From a virus: a stretch of 64,000 bases of DNA. Shown here piece by piece: positions 43,923 to 54,460 of the stretch (the stretch's first letter is position 1; each line of letters opens with the position of its first letter). The stretch lies in the IMG/VR virus record IMGVR_UViG_3300042397_000787. One strand, written 5' to 3'. Position numbers and translations under genes: made by a program. The notes below the pieces were generated by a model. It was not told where the DNA came from, searched no databases, and was given only the letters and a program-made list of their open reading frames with translations.

Positions 43923-44894
43923 TCACATTCTCCTAATATTTTTTTCATCGACTATAATTTGACCTCTTGCATTTTTGCGAGGAGGGTCTGGCATAGAAAC
44001 ATCATGAGTAGAACCATGCTTCTCAAACTGAAAGAAGTCTGGAACTTCTGGTATGAGGGCTTTTGGTTTCTGCTTACGTGTTTTCTTAGCTTTTGGCGTC
44101 TCGGTTGGAGCTTTCGGTTCATCCACTTCAACTGAGACAATATTCACTATATCTGATTCTTCTCGTTTTGTCAACCCTAAAAATGTCATATTTGCTGCAA
44201 TTATCAAAAGAATTGCCAGCGGGTCAAAAACAAAGATAAGAATGATAATCATCATACGGACGGCCTTGTCGATGGTGGCATTATCACCACTACCATAGAA
44301 TAGTTCCGCTACATATTTGATTGGTCCTACTTCCGCTTCGAGTATGAGGTTCTCTGTTTTGAGCGGTATGAGATTAGTCTCAATAGTCTCAATGTTTGTA
44401 GTTGCACCCTCAATTTCTTTATTGAGCGCCGCACGTTCCCTCTTTTGTCGATTTCTAATGAAGTTAGCATCGAGGATATTTTCGCCAGTAGTGAGTCTGT
44501 CCAGAGTATCCAAAGATGTTTGCGCATTCTTTAGTCTCCTTTCAGCCGAAGTCTTCTGACTTTCTAGTTGTGCAATCTGTAATTGTGCTGAACCGCCAAC
44601 TGTGGTGTGTTCAATATGCGCTTTACTTAGATAGCCGAACACACCCATGCTGGTGATGAACGACAAGACTACCACTGCTATCGTAAAGTATGTCTTCAAT
44701 AGTCTGTTAGCAATCTTCCAGTTACGATACACCCAACTTGCTGTCACAAGTTTAGCTAGTTCTAGGACAATACCCATAGCAGCGATTGCAATAGGTGAAG
44801 CAGGAAAGATGGCCATCAAGCCTAATATAGAAAAATAACCAGCTACACTAGTAATCGCTAGTGCTACCAGCATCAAGAGGGCTGCGAAAAACAT
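43923..44894 (-). CDS. Multi-TM coiled-coil membrane protein
   Basis: ITSMGVFGYLSKAH, EVGPIKYVAE, FVFDPLA. Confidence 0.7.
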   Translation of the reverse strand: MFFAALLMLVALAITSVAGYFSILGLMAIFPASPIAIAAMGIVLELAKLVTASWVYRNWKIANRLLKTYFTIAVVVLSFITSMGVFGYLSKAHIEHTTVGGSAQLQIAQLESQKTSAERRLKNAQTSLDTLDRLTTGENILDANFIRNRQKRERAALNKEIEGATTNIETIETNLIPLKTENLILEAEVGPIKYVAELFYGSGDNATIDKAVRMMIIILIFVFDPLAILLIIAANMTFLGLTKREESDIVNIVSVEVDEPKAPTETPKAKKTRKQKPKALIPEVPDFFQFEKHGSTHDVSMPDPPRKNARGQIIVDEKNIRRM

Positions 44895-45226
44895 CCAGGT
44901 CTCCAGTCAGGTAACTTTAATTCTTTCAAGTGCGATAGTCGTAATCTAACATTCCACATGTCATTGATACACCGATCATCAAATCGATACTCCCATTGTA
45001 GAATATGCTCGACTGCTTTTGCGTGAGATTTGCCGGCATATTCTGCAACAACTTCTTTACGCATTTCGCCTTCATAGTTAGTAACATATGTAGAACTACC
45101 AAAATATTTTTCAAATAGTTTATCAGTCTTACATGAATAACCAATATAGTATTTGCCGTCGTCAAAGTAGGTGCAATAAACTCTATGCACTTTCTTTGGC
45201 AACGGCTTCTTCTTTTTAATAACCAT
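44873..45226 (-). CDS. Small GIY-YIG-like nuclease
   Basis: VYCTY...YYIG...YFGSS. Confidence 0.6.
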   Translation of the reverse strand: MVIKKKKPLPKKVHRVYCTYFDDGKYYIGYSCKTDKLFEKYFGSSTYVTNYEGEMRKEVVAEYAGKSHAKAVEHILQWEYRFDDRCINDMWNVRLRLSHLKELKLPDWRPGCFSQPS

Positions 45227-45250
45227 TAGTTCACTCCGAGTGTGAACTAT

Positions 45251-45403
45251 TTATTCGTCCTCGTCCCAGTCATCAAACTCGAGGTCTTCTTCGGCTATCT
45301 TGGTTCCACAAAACGGACAGTATTTAGTTTTGTAGTATTCTTCATCCAATTCATGCTCCACCAAAAACACGGCATCACATGAAAAGCATTCCTGTTCTTC
45401 CAT
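45251..45403 (-). CDS. Acidic Zn-ribbon protein (50 aa, not in ORF track)
   Basis: CFSC...CPFCG; coupled to nrdB stop. Confidence 0.7.
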   Translation of the reverse strand: MEEQECFSCDAVFLVEHELDEEYYKTKYCPFCGTKIAEEDLEFDDWDEDE

Positions 45404-46389
45404 TATGCAGCTCCCCAAACACTTTCCCATGTACCAGATAGAGCGCCCTTGGCATAATCGGTAGCACGATTTTCAAAGAAGTTGGTATGAGTAGGCGCAT
45501 TGATCATTTCTTCAACCCATGGTAGAGGATTCTTCTTTACTTTAAAGATACCTTTAAGACCAAGACTAATCAATCTACGGTCGCAAATGTAACGAATATA
45601 CTTTTTAACATCATCTTCCGTCAAATCTTCCATAGCTCCCATGGAGAATGAAAGTTCAATAAACTTGTCTTCCAGGTCTACCATTTTCTCGGCAATAGTA
45701 TATATGCTAGACTTTAGTTCGTCGTTCCATATATCTCTATTCTCTTCAACATATGCACGGAACAACTTAATCATCGACTCGGCATGCATTGTTTCATCAA
45801 CGATTGACCAAGTAACGATCTGTCCCATTCCCTTCATTTTCCCGTGACGAGGGAAGTTGAGGAGCATGATGAAGGACGAGAACAACTGCATACCTTCAGT
45901 GAACGCCGAAAATGCAGCAATGTTAGTGGCGACAGATTCCTTTGTGCCATTTGAATTCGACAAATCTGTAAAGTAGTCGTGTTTTGCCCGCATTGAGTCG
46001 TATTCAAGGAATTCTTGATACGTTGTTTCAGGCATACCCAACGTCTCAATAAGGTGTGAGTAAGCGGCGACATGAAGAGCCTCCCTTGCTGCAAATCCCA
46101 TCAACATCATACGGATTTCAGGTTGAGGGAAATATGGTAGATAGTTCTTTACATAACCACCCGCGACATCGATATCACCTTGTGTAAAGAAACGAAAAAT
46201 GTTAGTGAGAAAATGCTTTTCGCCGTCAGTAAGACGTTTCTTCCAATCGTTTACATCTTCAATCATAGGAACTTCTGTATGAAGCCAGTGGGATTGTTCA
46301 TGCTTCAACCAGGCATCATATGCCCACGGGTAATTAAATGGCTTAAAATAAGAACGTTCATCCATAAGAGTAATCGAAGGTTTGGTCAT
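45403..46389 (-). CDS. nrdB: Ribonucleotide reductase class I beta subunit
   Basis: REALH, EGMQLFSSF, DETMH, NFFE. Confidence 0.95.
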   Translation of the reverse strand: MTKPSITLMDERSYFKPFNYPWAYDAWLKHEQSHWLHTEVPMIEDVNDWKKRLTDGEKHFLTNIFRFFTQGDIDVAGGYVKNYLPYFPQPEIRMMLMGFAAREALHVAAYSHLIETLGMPETTYQEFLEYDSMRAKHDYFTDLSNSNGTKESVATNIAAFSAFTEGMQLFSSFIMLLNFPRHGKMKGMGQIVTWSIVDETMHAESMIKLFRAYVEENRDIWNDELKSSIYTIAEKMVDLEDKFIELSFSMGAMEDLTEDDVKKYIRYICDRRLISLGLKGIFKVKKNPLPWVEEMINAPTHTNFFENRATDYAKGALSGTWESVWGAA

Positions 46390-47108
46390 TTGTTGGCTTT
46401 CGTAAATAACATGTAAGTCTGGTCGTAGGTGGAATCGAAAAGTTTTTCTACTTGCCAAGTAGTCTCGTCGGCAATAGCATATACTATATCTTCACTATAT
46501 CTATATGGCTCGGCAATTTCAACCTTTTTATATTCTAAATCCGGTGTTTCTGAAAATAAAAAAGTAATTATAAGTTTAGCATCATCATTGAATAGGTTGT
46601 GAGAACGAGACAAAAATAATTTTAGTTTATCGTAATGTAAATGAGTAAATACAGAATGGGCAAATCCAAAATCAAACTTTACATTAAAATCTTCAAATGA
46701 AAAATCGTCAGTAATTATAAAATTTTCGGATGTTATCTTATTCTGTAAATTATATTTCGGAACTTCGTAATTAAGACCAGCTTCAACTAATCCTAGATTA
46801 ACATCTATACCATAATAATTATTAGGGTCAAGATATTCGATTAATTTGCAACCAACTCTCATACTACCACAACCAACATCTAGTATTTTCATGTTGGATT
46901 GTAGTCCATGAGACTTTAATATATCAAGATGATGAGTTCCTATTTCATCCCAATGTTCTATTGGTCCACCTACTAATTTTCTATGGTCATTATCTTGTTT
47001 TCTGTAATCACTGAGTATTTCAAATGGAGAATAATAACCATTGTCTAAATCAATAGGAGTCTCTGCTAATATCTCACATTTATTCAAAATCAATTTTCGG
47101 CGGCCCAC
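46386..47108 (-). CDS. Class I SAM methyltransferase inserted in nrd operon (AT-rich)
   Basis: ILDVGCGSMR, HSVFTH. Confidence 0.8.
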   Translation of the reverse strand: MGRRKLILNKCEILAETPIDLDNGYYSPFEILSDYRKQDNDHRKLVGGPIEHWDEIGTHHLDILKSHGLQSNMKILDVGCGSMRVGCKLIEYLDPNNYYGIDVNLGLVEAGLNYEVPKYNLQNKITSENFIITDDFSFEDFNVKFDFGFAHSVFTHLHYDKLKLFLSRSHNLFNDDAKLIITFLFSETPDLEYKKVEIAEPYRYSEDIVYAIADETTWQVEKLFDSTYDQTYMLFTKANK

Positions 47109-47326
47109 TTAACAAGATCGTCATAACCACCAACATGTTCACCATTGATCCAAATCTGTGGAACAGTGGTCACATTAGGAAGTTGTGCAGTAATGTCTTC
47201 CCAAAGGCAGTCTTTTCCGACTACCATTTCGGTATATTGAATGTCCATACCCTGCATAAACTCTTTTGCTTTTACGCAATAAGGGCAATCTGGTTTTGAA
47301 ACTATTTGTGCAAACAATTGTGTCAT
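47090..47326 (-). CDS. nrdC: Glutaredoxin
   Basis: CPYC, TVPQI, GGYDDL. Confidence 0.92.
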   Translation of the reverse strand: MTQLFAQIVSKPDCPYCVKAKEFMQGMDIQYTEMVVGKDCLWEDITAQLPNVTTVPQIWINGEHVGGYDDLVKWAAEN

Positions 47327-47330
47327 TTAC

Positions 47331-49130
47331 TTATCCTTCGCAAGCTATGCAAGCATCGCCATCGATCATTGCTTTAAAGTCAATTTCCTTAATTGCATCT
47401 CGTTCGATGCGCTTGGAAATCTTATCTGCCTTACCGAGTTTTTCTGAACGGCAATAATATAAAGTCTTTAACCCCTGCTTCCATGCTAGGAAGTGGACAG
47501 CATGAAGATATTTGATATTTGCATCGGGACGGAAGAATAGATTGAGAGACTGTGCCTGATCAATAAACTTCTGTCTGTCTGCCGCATGTTCAATGACCCA
47601 CCGTTGGTCAATTTCCATGGAGGTCTTATAGACTTCCTTGGTTGTTGTATCCATCCAAGTAAGGTGTTGAACCGAACCATCATTGGCGATAATAGAAGAC
47701 CAAACTTCGTCATACCAACCATCTTTCTGGTTTACTGATTCAAACTTAATGATTCCGTCAAGGTATTTATTCTTATTCAGAAATGAACCCGATAATGTAT
47801 CTTGACGATATGCGTTGGCTCTCCACGGTTCAATCGATGGACTTGTATTACCCATGATGATAGATGAAGATGCATTAGGCGCAATAGCTTGCATGTGGCT
47901 GAAACGACGACCCGTACCAGCAGCATCAGGTGCTTCACCGCGTTCTGTGCCTAGTTCTAGGTTAGCAACATCTAAGCGTGTCTTAATGTGCTTGAAGATA
48001 CGCATATTGGTACCCTTAGCAACTGCCGACTCCCATGCAACACCCTTACGCTGGAGATAAGCATGAAAGCCTAGAGCGCCAATACCGATAGAACGTTCGC
48101 GCTTGGCCGAGTAAATTGCTCTGGAAACTTGCTTTGGTGCATTATCAATGAAATACTGAAGAACATTGTCAAGCATCTCTGCCATATCTTTCAAGAACAG
48201 AGGGTCCTTGGACCACGCATCATAATATTCTAGATTGACTGAGGACAAGCAACAAACAGCCGTGCGTTTTCTATCGGTAGGAAGAATAATTTCAGAGCAA
48301 AGATTGGACTGGTGTATCTTTAGACCCAAGGCCTTTTGAAAATCTGGCAACGCACGGTTCGAGGCATCGATAAAGTGAATGTAAGGCTCACCTGTCATCA
48401 TTCGAAGTTCGAGTATCTTCTGCCAAAGTTCCTTAGCAGAAACAGTATCACGAATTTCACCCGACTTTGGATCAGTCAGATTCCAGCTATCATCTGTATC
48501 GTCATCTGCCATACAACGTTCGATGATTTGCATGAAGTCGTCGGTGATATTGATTCCGTGGTGCAAATTGAGCGCCCGCATATTGGGGTCGCCAGTTGGC
48601 TTGCGCATTTCTAGAAATAGCCCAACATCAGGGTGAGAAATATCCAGATAAGCAGCATAAGAACCACGGCGAGTGCGACCTTGACGGTAAGCCATAGAAG
48701 AAGCATCATAAGTGCGAAGATGAGGCATAACACCAGTAGACTTATCATCTGCGGCGCGAATACCAAAACCAATACCAACGCCGCCACCAAGCATAGACAA
48801 CCAGTTAGTTTCTGAAAGATTTTCAACTAGACCCTCCGCAGTATCATCAATGAAGTTTAGGAAACAACTGATTGGCATACCACGCTTCGACCGACCAAAC
48901 GAGAGGATCGGAGTTGCATATGACAACCAGTGCTTTGACGCATATTCGTATAGACGCTGCGCATGTGCAGGATTAGAACCGAACGTCTTTGAAACAAAAG
49001 CGAACCGATGTTGCGGAGACGTTTCGTCGTCCTTCATGTATGATTCTTGAAGTCGCTGAATACCTAGTTTGTCAAACAGGGAGTCCCGTGATAGGTCAAT
49101 CTCAATATCCAGATAATTCTCTCTTGCCAT
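47331..49130 (-). CDS. nrdA: Ribonucleotide reductase class I alpha subunit (short, no ATP cone)
   Basis: SNLCSEI, APNASSS, KTLYY, C-terminal CIAC. Confidence 0.95.
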   Translation of the reverse strand: MARENYLDIEIDLSRDSLFDKLGIQRLQESYMKDDETSPQHRFAFVSKTFGSNPAHAQRLYEYASKHWLSYATPILSFGRSKRGMPISCFLNFIDDTAEGLVENLSETNWLSMLGGGVGIGFGIRAADDKSTGVMPHLRTYDASSMAYRQGRTRRGSYAAYLDISHPDVGLFLEMRKPTGDPNMRALNLHHGINITDDFMQIIERCMADDDTDDSWNLTDPKSGEIRDTVSAKELWQKILELRMMTGEPYIHFIDASNRALPDFQKALGLKIHQSNLCSEIILPTDRKRTAVCCLSSVNLEYYDAWSKDPLFLKDMAEMLDNVLQYFIDNAPKQVSRAIYSAKRERSIGIGALGFHAYLQRKGVAWESAVAKGTNMRIFKHIKTRLDVANLELGTERGEAPDAAGTGRRFSHMQAIAPNASSSIIMGNTSPSIEPWRANAYRQDTLSGSFLNKNKYLDGIIKFESVNQKDGWYDEVWSSIIANDGSVQHLTWMDTTTKEVYKTSMEIDQRWVIEHAADRQKFIDQAQSLNLFFRPDANIKYLHAVHFLAWKQGLKTLYYCRSEKLGKADKISKRIERDAIKEIDFKAMIDGDACIACEG

Positions 49131-49673
49131 TTATAGTCCCTGTTCCTTCAAAACTTTTTCGATGTCTGGTTTAAAGTAAGTATCTGGTTTCAGAATCTTA
49201 CCATCTGCCCGTTTCTTAATCTTTCCACTCTCGGAAACCTTGCTCATATTTGATGCTCGAACTTCTTCCCATACCGCATCAAAATTAATACCCAGAGTTG
49301 CGAAAAGTCCTTTTACGACCCAGACTAAATCTGCGCCACCATCTGCAACGTCACCGATGTGCCGACGAAGAAATCCGTCACACAGTTCGCGGAATTCTTC
49401 ATCAATTAGATCAATATATAGCTTGGCTTGAGCCTCATTATTTTCATTTAGATGTGGAGTTGCACCGATATACTGGTCGGCCGCTGCCATAAACTGTTCA
49501 ACATCATTCTGATAATTATTATTCTTCTTACTCAATGTATAACTCCCATCTTCATTTTCTATCCAAATTATTGTATCACCGGGCTTCCACCCAGTTTCTT
49601 CCTCAAGGCCATCCCAGGCAATATAATGTTCATCTGAAACTGCATCATACTGCACTGTAACTGTATCCACCAT
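49131..49673 (-). CDS. MazG-like/PRA-PH NTP pyrophosphatase with AbrB-like N-terminus
   Basis: LIDEEFREL..ADG.AD..EVRASNMSK..DGKILKP. Confidence 0.8.
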   Translation of the reverse strand: MVDTVTVQYDAVSDEHYIAWDGLEEETGWKPGDTIIWIENEDGSYTLSKKNNNYQNDVEQFMAAADQYIGATPHLNENNEAQAKLYIDLIDEEFRELCDGFLRRHIGDVADGGADLVWVVKGLFATLGINFDAVWEEVRASNMSKVSESGKIKKRADGKILKPDTYFKPDIEKVLKEQGL

Positions 49674-49674
49674 T

Positions 49675-50520
49675 TTAATACTCCAAAGCTGATTTACAAA
49701 TATCTTCTAAAGATTTAGTTTCAGTGAAAAACTTGCTTACTTCTGGTAGAACAGAAACTACAACTTCTCCAGGTCTTCTATCACAATACACTTTTTTGAT
49801 GGGTTTGTCAATGACATTTTCCATGGCAGACACAACTTCTAGCACAGAACTTCCTGTTGTGCTTCCCAGACATTCTACATTATTTGTTGCACCATTTTCT
49901 ACTATTCTATAAAGAGAATCCACAATATCTGTAATATGCGTATAATTTCGAATAGTAGTTCCGTCTCTAGTATCATAATCAGTACCAAAGATACCAACTT
50001 CTGGATACAAACCATTAGCAACTGCGGCCAATTTACGAATTAAGTGATAGTGACTGTCATCGAACTTGTCGAATCCGTCGTTACCACTGACATTATAAAA
50101 TCTAGCAATACTATAAGACGGAAGTAATGTAACTAAGTCTTCGCCTGCTCGTTTACTTCCGGCGTATGGACTACTTCCAGGATTAAATGCGGAGCCTGTG
50201 CTACAGTAAACAAAATTATCTGTTCTAGTTGAATCTAGAACGTTTTGAGTGCCTAAAAGATTTGTCTTATAATAAGGAATAGGCATTGTAACCGATTTTG
50301 ATACCATCGTCAATGCCGCTAGATGAACAACAGCATCATAATCCCCAGCAAAAGTGGCAATTCTGATATCCCAAGGAATTACCTTACCCTCAATATACTT
50401 GGAAATTTCATTCTGTTGCAAATTGAAATCTGTTGCGTAAACTTGATGTCCACCCTCTGCCAACTTTTTGACAAGATGACTACCAATATAGCCAGTTGCA
50501 CCGGTAACTAGGACTTTCAT
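49675..50520 (-). CDS. galE: UDP-glucose 4-epimerase-like
   Basis: TGATGYIGSH, YAGSK, RFYNV, DGTTIRNYTH. Confidence 0.85.
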   Translation of the reverse strand: MKVLVTGATGYIGSHLVKKLAEGGHQVYATDFNLQQNEISKYIEGKVIPWDIRIATFAGDYDAVVHLAALTMVSKSVTMPIPYYKTNLLGTQNVLDSTRTDNFVYCSTGSAFNPGSSPYAGSKRAGEDLVTLLPSYSIARFYNVSGNDGFDKFDDSHYHLIRKLAAVANGLYPEVGIFGTDYDTRDGTTIRNYTHITDIVDSLYRIVENGATNNVECLGSTTGSSVLEVVSAMENVIDKPIKKVYCDRRPGEVVVSVLPEVSKFFTETKSLEDICKSALEY

Positions 50521-50603
50521 CTATCTTCCCGACTTTTTTGAGTTAAAAATTTGGCGAGAAAAAAATGTCACTTGCCGTTTTTCAAAGGTTCCTGGCTTTT
50601 TGG

Positions 50604-51314
50604 TCAAGGTAGTTTTCTTTCGAACTCTGCCCATGCCGCCATGTCATCTAGTGCCTTGATTACATCGGGAAAGTGTTGACCAATAATCTCCCAGCACTGT
50701 TCTGCTACGATGCGGTGTTCTTTCTGTGTGGCTTTGTCCATACGAAGTTGGCAGTAGTGAACCCACGAACGTAGCGAACCTGCCATGATAATGATGGACT
50801 CTGTATTACCTTCAGGTAGAACGGCGCGGGCCTGTTCTTTGGCAATACCATTCTCAATTGCCCACTCATAAGCATCTAAAGCGGCATCAGTGGCGTTTAC
50901 CTGTCTCATTGCCCATTGTTCGGCCAATTCATTGTTTCCGGATCCCAATTCCACCGAGTTTTGTCGGTTATTGGCGTCCTGTAGTCTTGCCTCTCTAGTG
51001 ACAAATTCAAGGCTTTTAGTCGGGTCTGCATATCTCTGCGAAAATTCTTGGAACGAAAAGGATCGATGGCGAAGAATTTGCCGAGCGATGTCACGAGTTG
51101 TTTTAATTTCCATTGATACATGTACCATCTCCAATGGTGACCAGTGTTGGTTCTTGATAAGATATTGAACCAACTTAGGTGCTGTTGCTGTATTGTTTTG
51201 ATTCGAGGGATTCGATACTCTTGCTGCCCATGCAACAAGTTCATTGGCAGTATTACATTCTGTGTAGGCACTTGGCTTTGTAATACCAATTAAATTTACT
51301 TCACTCAACTTCAA
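50604..51314 (-). CDS. thyX: FAD-dependent thymidylate synthase
   Basis: RHRSFSFQEFSQRY. Confidence 0.95.
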   Translation of the reverse strand: MKLSEVNLIGITKPSAYTECNTANELVAWAARVSNPSNQNNTATAPKLVQYLIKNQHWSPLEMVHVSMEIKTTRDIARQILRHRSFSFQEFSQRYADPTKSLEFVTREARLQDANNRQNSVELGSGNNELAEQWAMRQVNATDAALDAYEWAIENGIAKEQARAVLPEGNTESIIIMAGSLRSWVHYCQLRMDKATQKEHRIVAEQCWEIIGQHFPDVIKALDDMAAWAEFERKLP

Positions 51315-51567
51315 ATTCCTTCACTGCTTGGAACTGTGCCTTACTTACGAAACCAACACCCAATAGATGGTCTACACGGTCAGTTGCGTCGGCATAATCT
51401 GCATATCTACCATCATCGAACCACCACCAGCGGTCGAGACCAAGGAACCAGCGAGGTTCGCGTCGGTATTCGACCAGCCACATATCGTCGGTTCGATGGA
51501 TACGCAACTTTGTAATCTTAATACGGTGTATCTCTACACCATATTCATTAGCGACCAATTCGCTCAT
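51301..51567 (-). CDS. Hypothetical protein
   Basis: Coupled to primase. Confidence 0.6.
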   Translation of the reverse strand: MSELVANEYGVEIHRIKITKLRIHRTDDMWLVEYRREPRWFLGLDRWWWFDDGRYADYADATDRVDHLLGVGFVSKAQFQAVKEFEVE

Positions 51568-52604
51568 ATCTTTCTCCACATGGCATATCTTGCCTTTGCT
51601 GCTAACCCTTGAAACGTATTATCATTTATAATAGCATGAATTTCATCGGGTGTCAATCCATTTTCAATCATCTCATTGATATCTTTACCGGGAACACTGT
51701 CTGGCCAGATTACCATCTTATAACTCATATCTATATACTTATTCATCAACTTACCGACTTCTCGGTTTTTAGGTTGATTGTCAAAAATAATTGTTATTTT
51801 TTCTTTTTGTATCGGGAGTTGGTCGATTTTTCCGAATGACGTTCCAGCACAAGCGATAGAATTATCCAGAAAAAGGGAGTCAAGGGGCCCTTCGACAACG
51901 AGTATTTCTTTTGTAGGATCGACCTTATCCAGACCGAAAATGGATGGCGCATCTTCATCTACCTTAACATTAATATAACGTAACGACTCGCCTCGGATTC
52001 CGCGAAGGCTAACAACCAAGAGTTTACCAGAGCCATCAAAAAAAGGAATCGCAAGCCTCGGCTCGGTTGTGATGATGGACTCTTTGTATTTGGCATTAAG
52101 TTGTATGATGTCTTTAACATTAGGTATGAAATACAGCCGACTAAAAGCATCGCGAGGGATTTTGCGGTCAGTAACATATTGAATTACCTCGTGGTCATCT
52201 GGTAGTGTATCAAGTCGATCCATAATTTGGTCGATTGGTTTAGGGTCTGGTTTCTTAGTGAATACAGGCGGTGAAAAATCTAGAACGTCTTGAATATTCT
52301 TGTGAGACTTAGCAGGTCCAACTTTGGCAGTATCTGCATAGCGTTGTATGACATACTGCCTATATTGATTGTCATCAAACTGCTTTAGAAAGTTGCCGAA
52401 GCCCATAGATACGCCACAGTTGTGACACTTATAGTTTAGGTCATTCTTTCCTAAGAAGAAATAGCCGCGAGATTTTCTTTTGTTACGCGAGGAGTCACCG
52501 CAGATGGGACACCTGCAGTTCCAAAGATCGTTAGATTTTTTCTTGAAGTTCTCCAGACGATACGAAATGGCATGGAGAAACTGAATATCAATATATGCAC
52601 TCAT
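51564..52604 (-). CDS. 61: DNA primase (gp61)
   Basis: CPICGDS..CHNC, VEGPLDSLF, FDNQP, KDINE. Confidence 0.95.
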   Translation of the reverse strand: MSAYIDIQFLHAISYRLENFKKKSNDLWNCRCPICGDSSRNKRKSRGYFFLGKNDLNYKCHNCGVSMGFGNFLKQFDDNQYRQYVIQRYADTAKVGPAKSHKNIQDVLDFSPPVFTKKPDPKPIDQIMDRLDTLPDDHEVIQYVTDRKIPRDAFSRLYFIPNVKDIIQLNAKYKESIITTEPRLAIPFFDGSGKLLVVSLRGIRGESLRYINVKVDEDAPSIFGLDKVDPTKEILVVEGPLDSLFLDNSIACAGTSFGKIDQLPIQKEKITIIFDNQPKNREVGKLMNKYIDMSYKMVIWPDSVPGKDINEMIENGLTPDEIHAIINDNTFQGLAAKARYAMWRKI

Positions 52605-52610
52605 AGATTC

Positions 52611-52639
52611 ACTATACACCTTTAGACGGTGTAAGTCAA
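52611..52639 (-). promoter_or_regulatory. sigma70-like promoter with inverted repeat in spacer
   Basis: TTGACT-TACACCGTCTAAAGGTG-TATAGT. Confidence 0.65.
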
Positions 52640-52644
52640 CCCTT

Positions 52645-53109
52645 TTAGAAGAACTTCATCACCATCGGTAATATTTTTGTGATGATGGCACCGAGAACAA
52701 TGCCACCACCTATCATAATATACTTGGTTCTTTCCAATTTGTCAATACGATTTTTATGTTTTTCTTCTTCTTTATCAACTGAACCCTTGAGGTCTTTGAT
52801 AGCAGCAAGCATCTTGTCTTCGGTAGACTGAATTTTTGCTTCAAGTTCACGAGTGGTTGTTGTGATACGCGAATGTAACTCGGCGTTACTTGCCTTGGTT
52901 TCTTGTCTATGCACCTCTAAACTCTGGTAGATATCTTCGTTGACATTTTCTTGTGCTTCGAGTTTAGTATCATGAACAGCAAGCATCTTATTGATGCAGT
53001 TGGAAACATCACCAATCTTTTCGATTGCGAGGTCAAGGCGACCGAACACCACCTGAATTTGCTTCAGGTCATGTTCGATTACCGCGACTTTGGTTTCCAA
53101 AGATTCCAA
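52645..53109 (-). CDS. Coiled-coil protein with C-terminal TM (lysis-associated?)
   Basis: Heptads plus C-terminal hydrophobic helix. Confidence 0.65.
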   Translation of the reverse strand: MESLETKVAVIEHDLKQIQVVFGRLDLAIEKIGDVSNCINKMLAVHDTKLEAQENVNEDIYQSLEVHRQETKASNAELHSRITTTTRELEAKIQSTEDKMLAAIKDLKGSVDKEEEKHKNRIDKLERTKYIMIGGGIVLGAIITKILPMVMKFF

Positions 53110-53280
53110 TTACTTTGCCTTTGGTTTACGTGCTTTTTTGACAACTGCTTTAACTTGTTCAACCTTTGCTTCTGCCTTATCAACTGCGGCAGTAACCTCA
53201 GCGAGGTCAATCTTACCGTCCTTGTTAGCGTCTACAAAACCAAAAAGTTTTTTCAGTGCATCTTTGATTTGATTAAGCAT
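53110..53280 (-). CDS. Small basic protein with EF-hand-like loop
   Basis: DANKDGKIDLAE. Confidence 0.55.
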   Translation of the reverse strand: MLNQIKDALKKLFGFVDANKDGKIDLAEVTAAVDKAEAKVEQVKAVVKKARKPKAK

Positions 53281-53284
53281 ATTC

Positions 53285-54460
53285 TTATCCCCAGTTTGCG
53301 TATTGTTTAGTTTTCTTAATACGGTCATCAAGACCATGCGTACCACCGTTTACTCGGCGAGTAATCTGGCCGATGACTGCATCTGTTACACCCTTATCTG
53401 CAATAGCGAATAGACCATTCTTATTGAAGAACCAAAGAGCGGATTCGAAAGCAAGTTCTGTTGCTACGATGTCTGGGTTTGTCAGGACATCAGGGCGCTT
53501 GATTGATTGTGAGAATGCAGTGTAGTTATCCTTACCAGTTAACTGGATTGGACCACGGCCACGGAACTTATATCCGTCACCCGATGACTCTGGTCCATTA
53601 CCCATACGATTAGCATACACTTTGTTTGCAATCTTTTCTGGCTTACGAGCATATCCGGCAGTCGATGCGATGGTCGGAAAATACTTCTTGAAGATGCCGT
53701 TGAGGCCCTTGTCAGAGTAGTTTAGATTTTCTGAGAACACCTTGAAGCCACCGGACTCATGAGCGCATTGTCCAAAGAAGTGCGCAGCCTGTGCAGTAGA
53801 AAGTTTGTAGTAATCCTTAGCACCCTTGAATGTTCCTGGGCCCCACTTACCATCGGCTGGAATACCACACTTCGCTTGAAGTGCCGCCATTGGTCCAAGA
53901 CCAGCAGTTGATGTTGCTTGAACGGCGGCCTTAGCAACTTGCGCTACTGCTTGAACAACAGGCGCACCCGCTTCTCTAGTAGTCGATGGGTCAAAGTCAG
54001 CAACAGGTGTATACTTTGTACCACCAGCCTTAGACTTAGTGGCAATCAAACGTTGTTTACGATTGCCGCCTTCTTTCTTAATTGATGCGTGAACCCAACC
54101 AGAATTCTTATCGCCCGCTGCATAGAACTCAAGGATAACCTGATCGAACTCAAGGTTATCGGCAACCCAGTCAGCAACCTTCTTGTTGTCTACACCCTTA
54201 ACTTCGAAGTCAATTGCTTGACCGTTAACGTGTTGAGAAGTCTTCGAACCACCTACTGCCTTGTTGACAAGTGGTGCGCGATAAGACGAGTTGATTGTAA
54301 CTGGCCCAAACTTGGCTCTTACTGGCTCAAGAATCTTCTCGCAACAGTAGCGCATATTTTCGATATGCTCTGCGGTTGGAGTGTTAGGGATGCCTAGTCG
54401 CTTGGCGGTAGGCGATACTGTCATTTCTTCCAGTGCAAAATGTTCTGTTAGCTTTGTCAT
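53285..54460 (-). CDS. Endolysin: peptidase M15 + GH19 domains
   Basis: SSYR..SQHVNGQAID..WVHAS; HESGGF..FRGRGPIQLTGKDNY..VNGGTHGL.DR. Confidence 0.9.
   Translation of the reverse strand: MTKLTEHFALEEMTVSPTAKRLGIPNTPTAEHIENMRYCCEKILEPVRAKFGPVTINSSYRAPLVNKAVGGSKTSQHVNGQAIDFEVKGVDNKKVADWVADNLEFDQVILEFYAAGDKNSGWVHASIKKEGGNRKQRLIATKSKAGGTKYTPVADFDPSTTREAGAPVVQAVAQVAKAAVQATSTAGLGPMAALQAKCGIPADGKWGPGTFKGAKDYYKLSTAQAAHFFGQCAHESGGFKVFSENLNYSDKGLNGIFKKYFPTIASTAGYARKPEKIANKVYANRMGNGPESSGDGYKFRGRGPIQLTGKDNYTAFSQSIKRPDVLTNPDIVATELAFESALWFFNKNGLFAIADKGVTDAVIGQITRRVNGGTHGLDDRIKKTKQYANWG

Noticed and set aside
50521-50603. A/T-tract intergenic gap as a bent-DNA element
   Set aside because: Tracts are not consistently phased; no other support
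45403-51314. Group I introns or inteins in nrdA, nrdB, thyX
   Set aside because: All are uninterrupted ORFs of normal or short length
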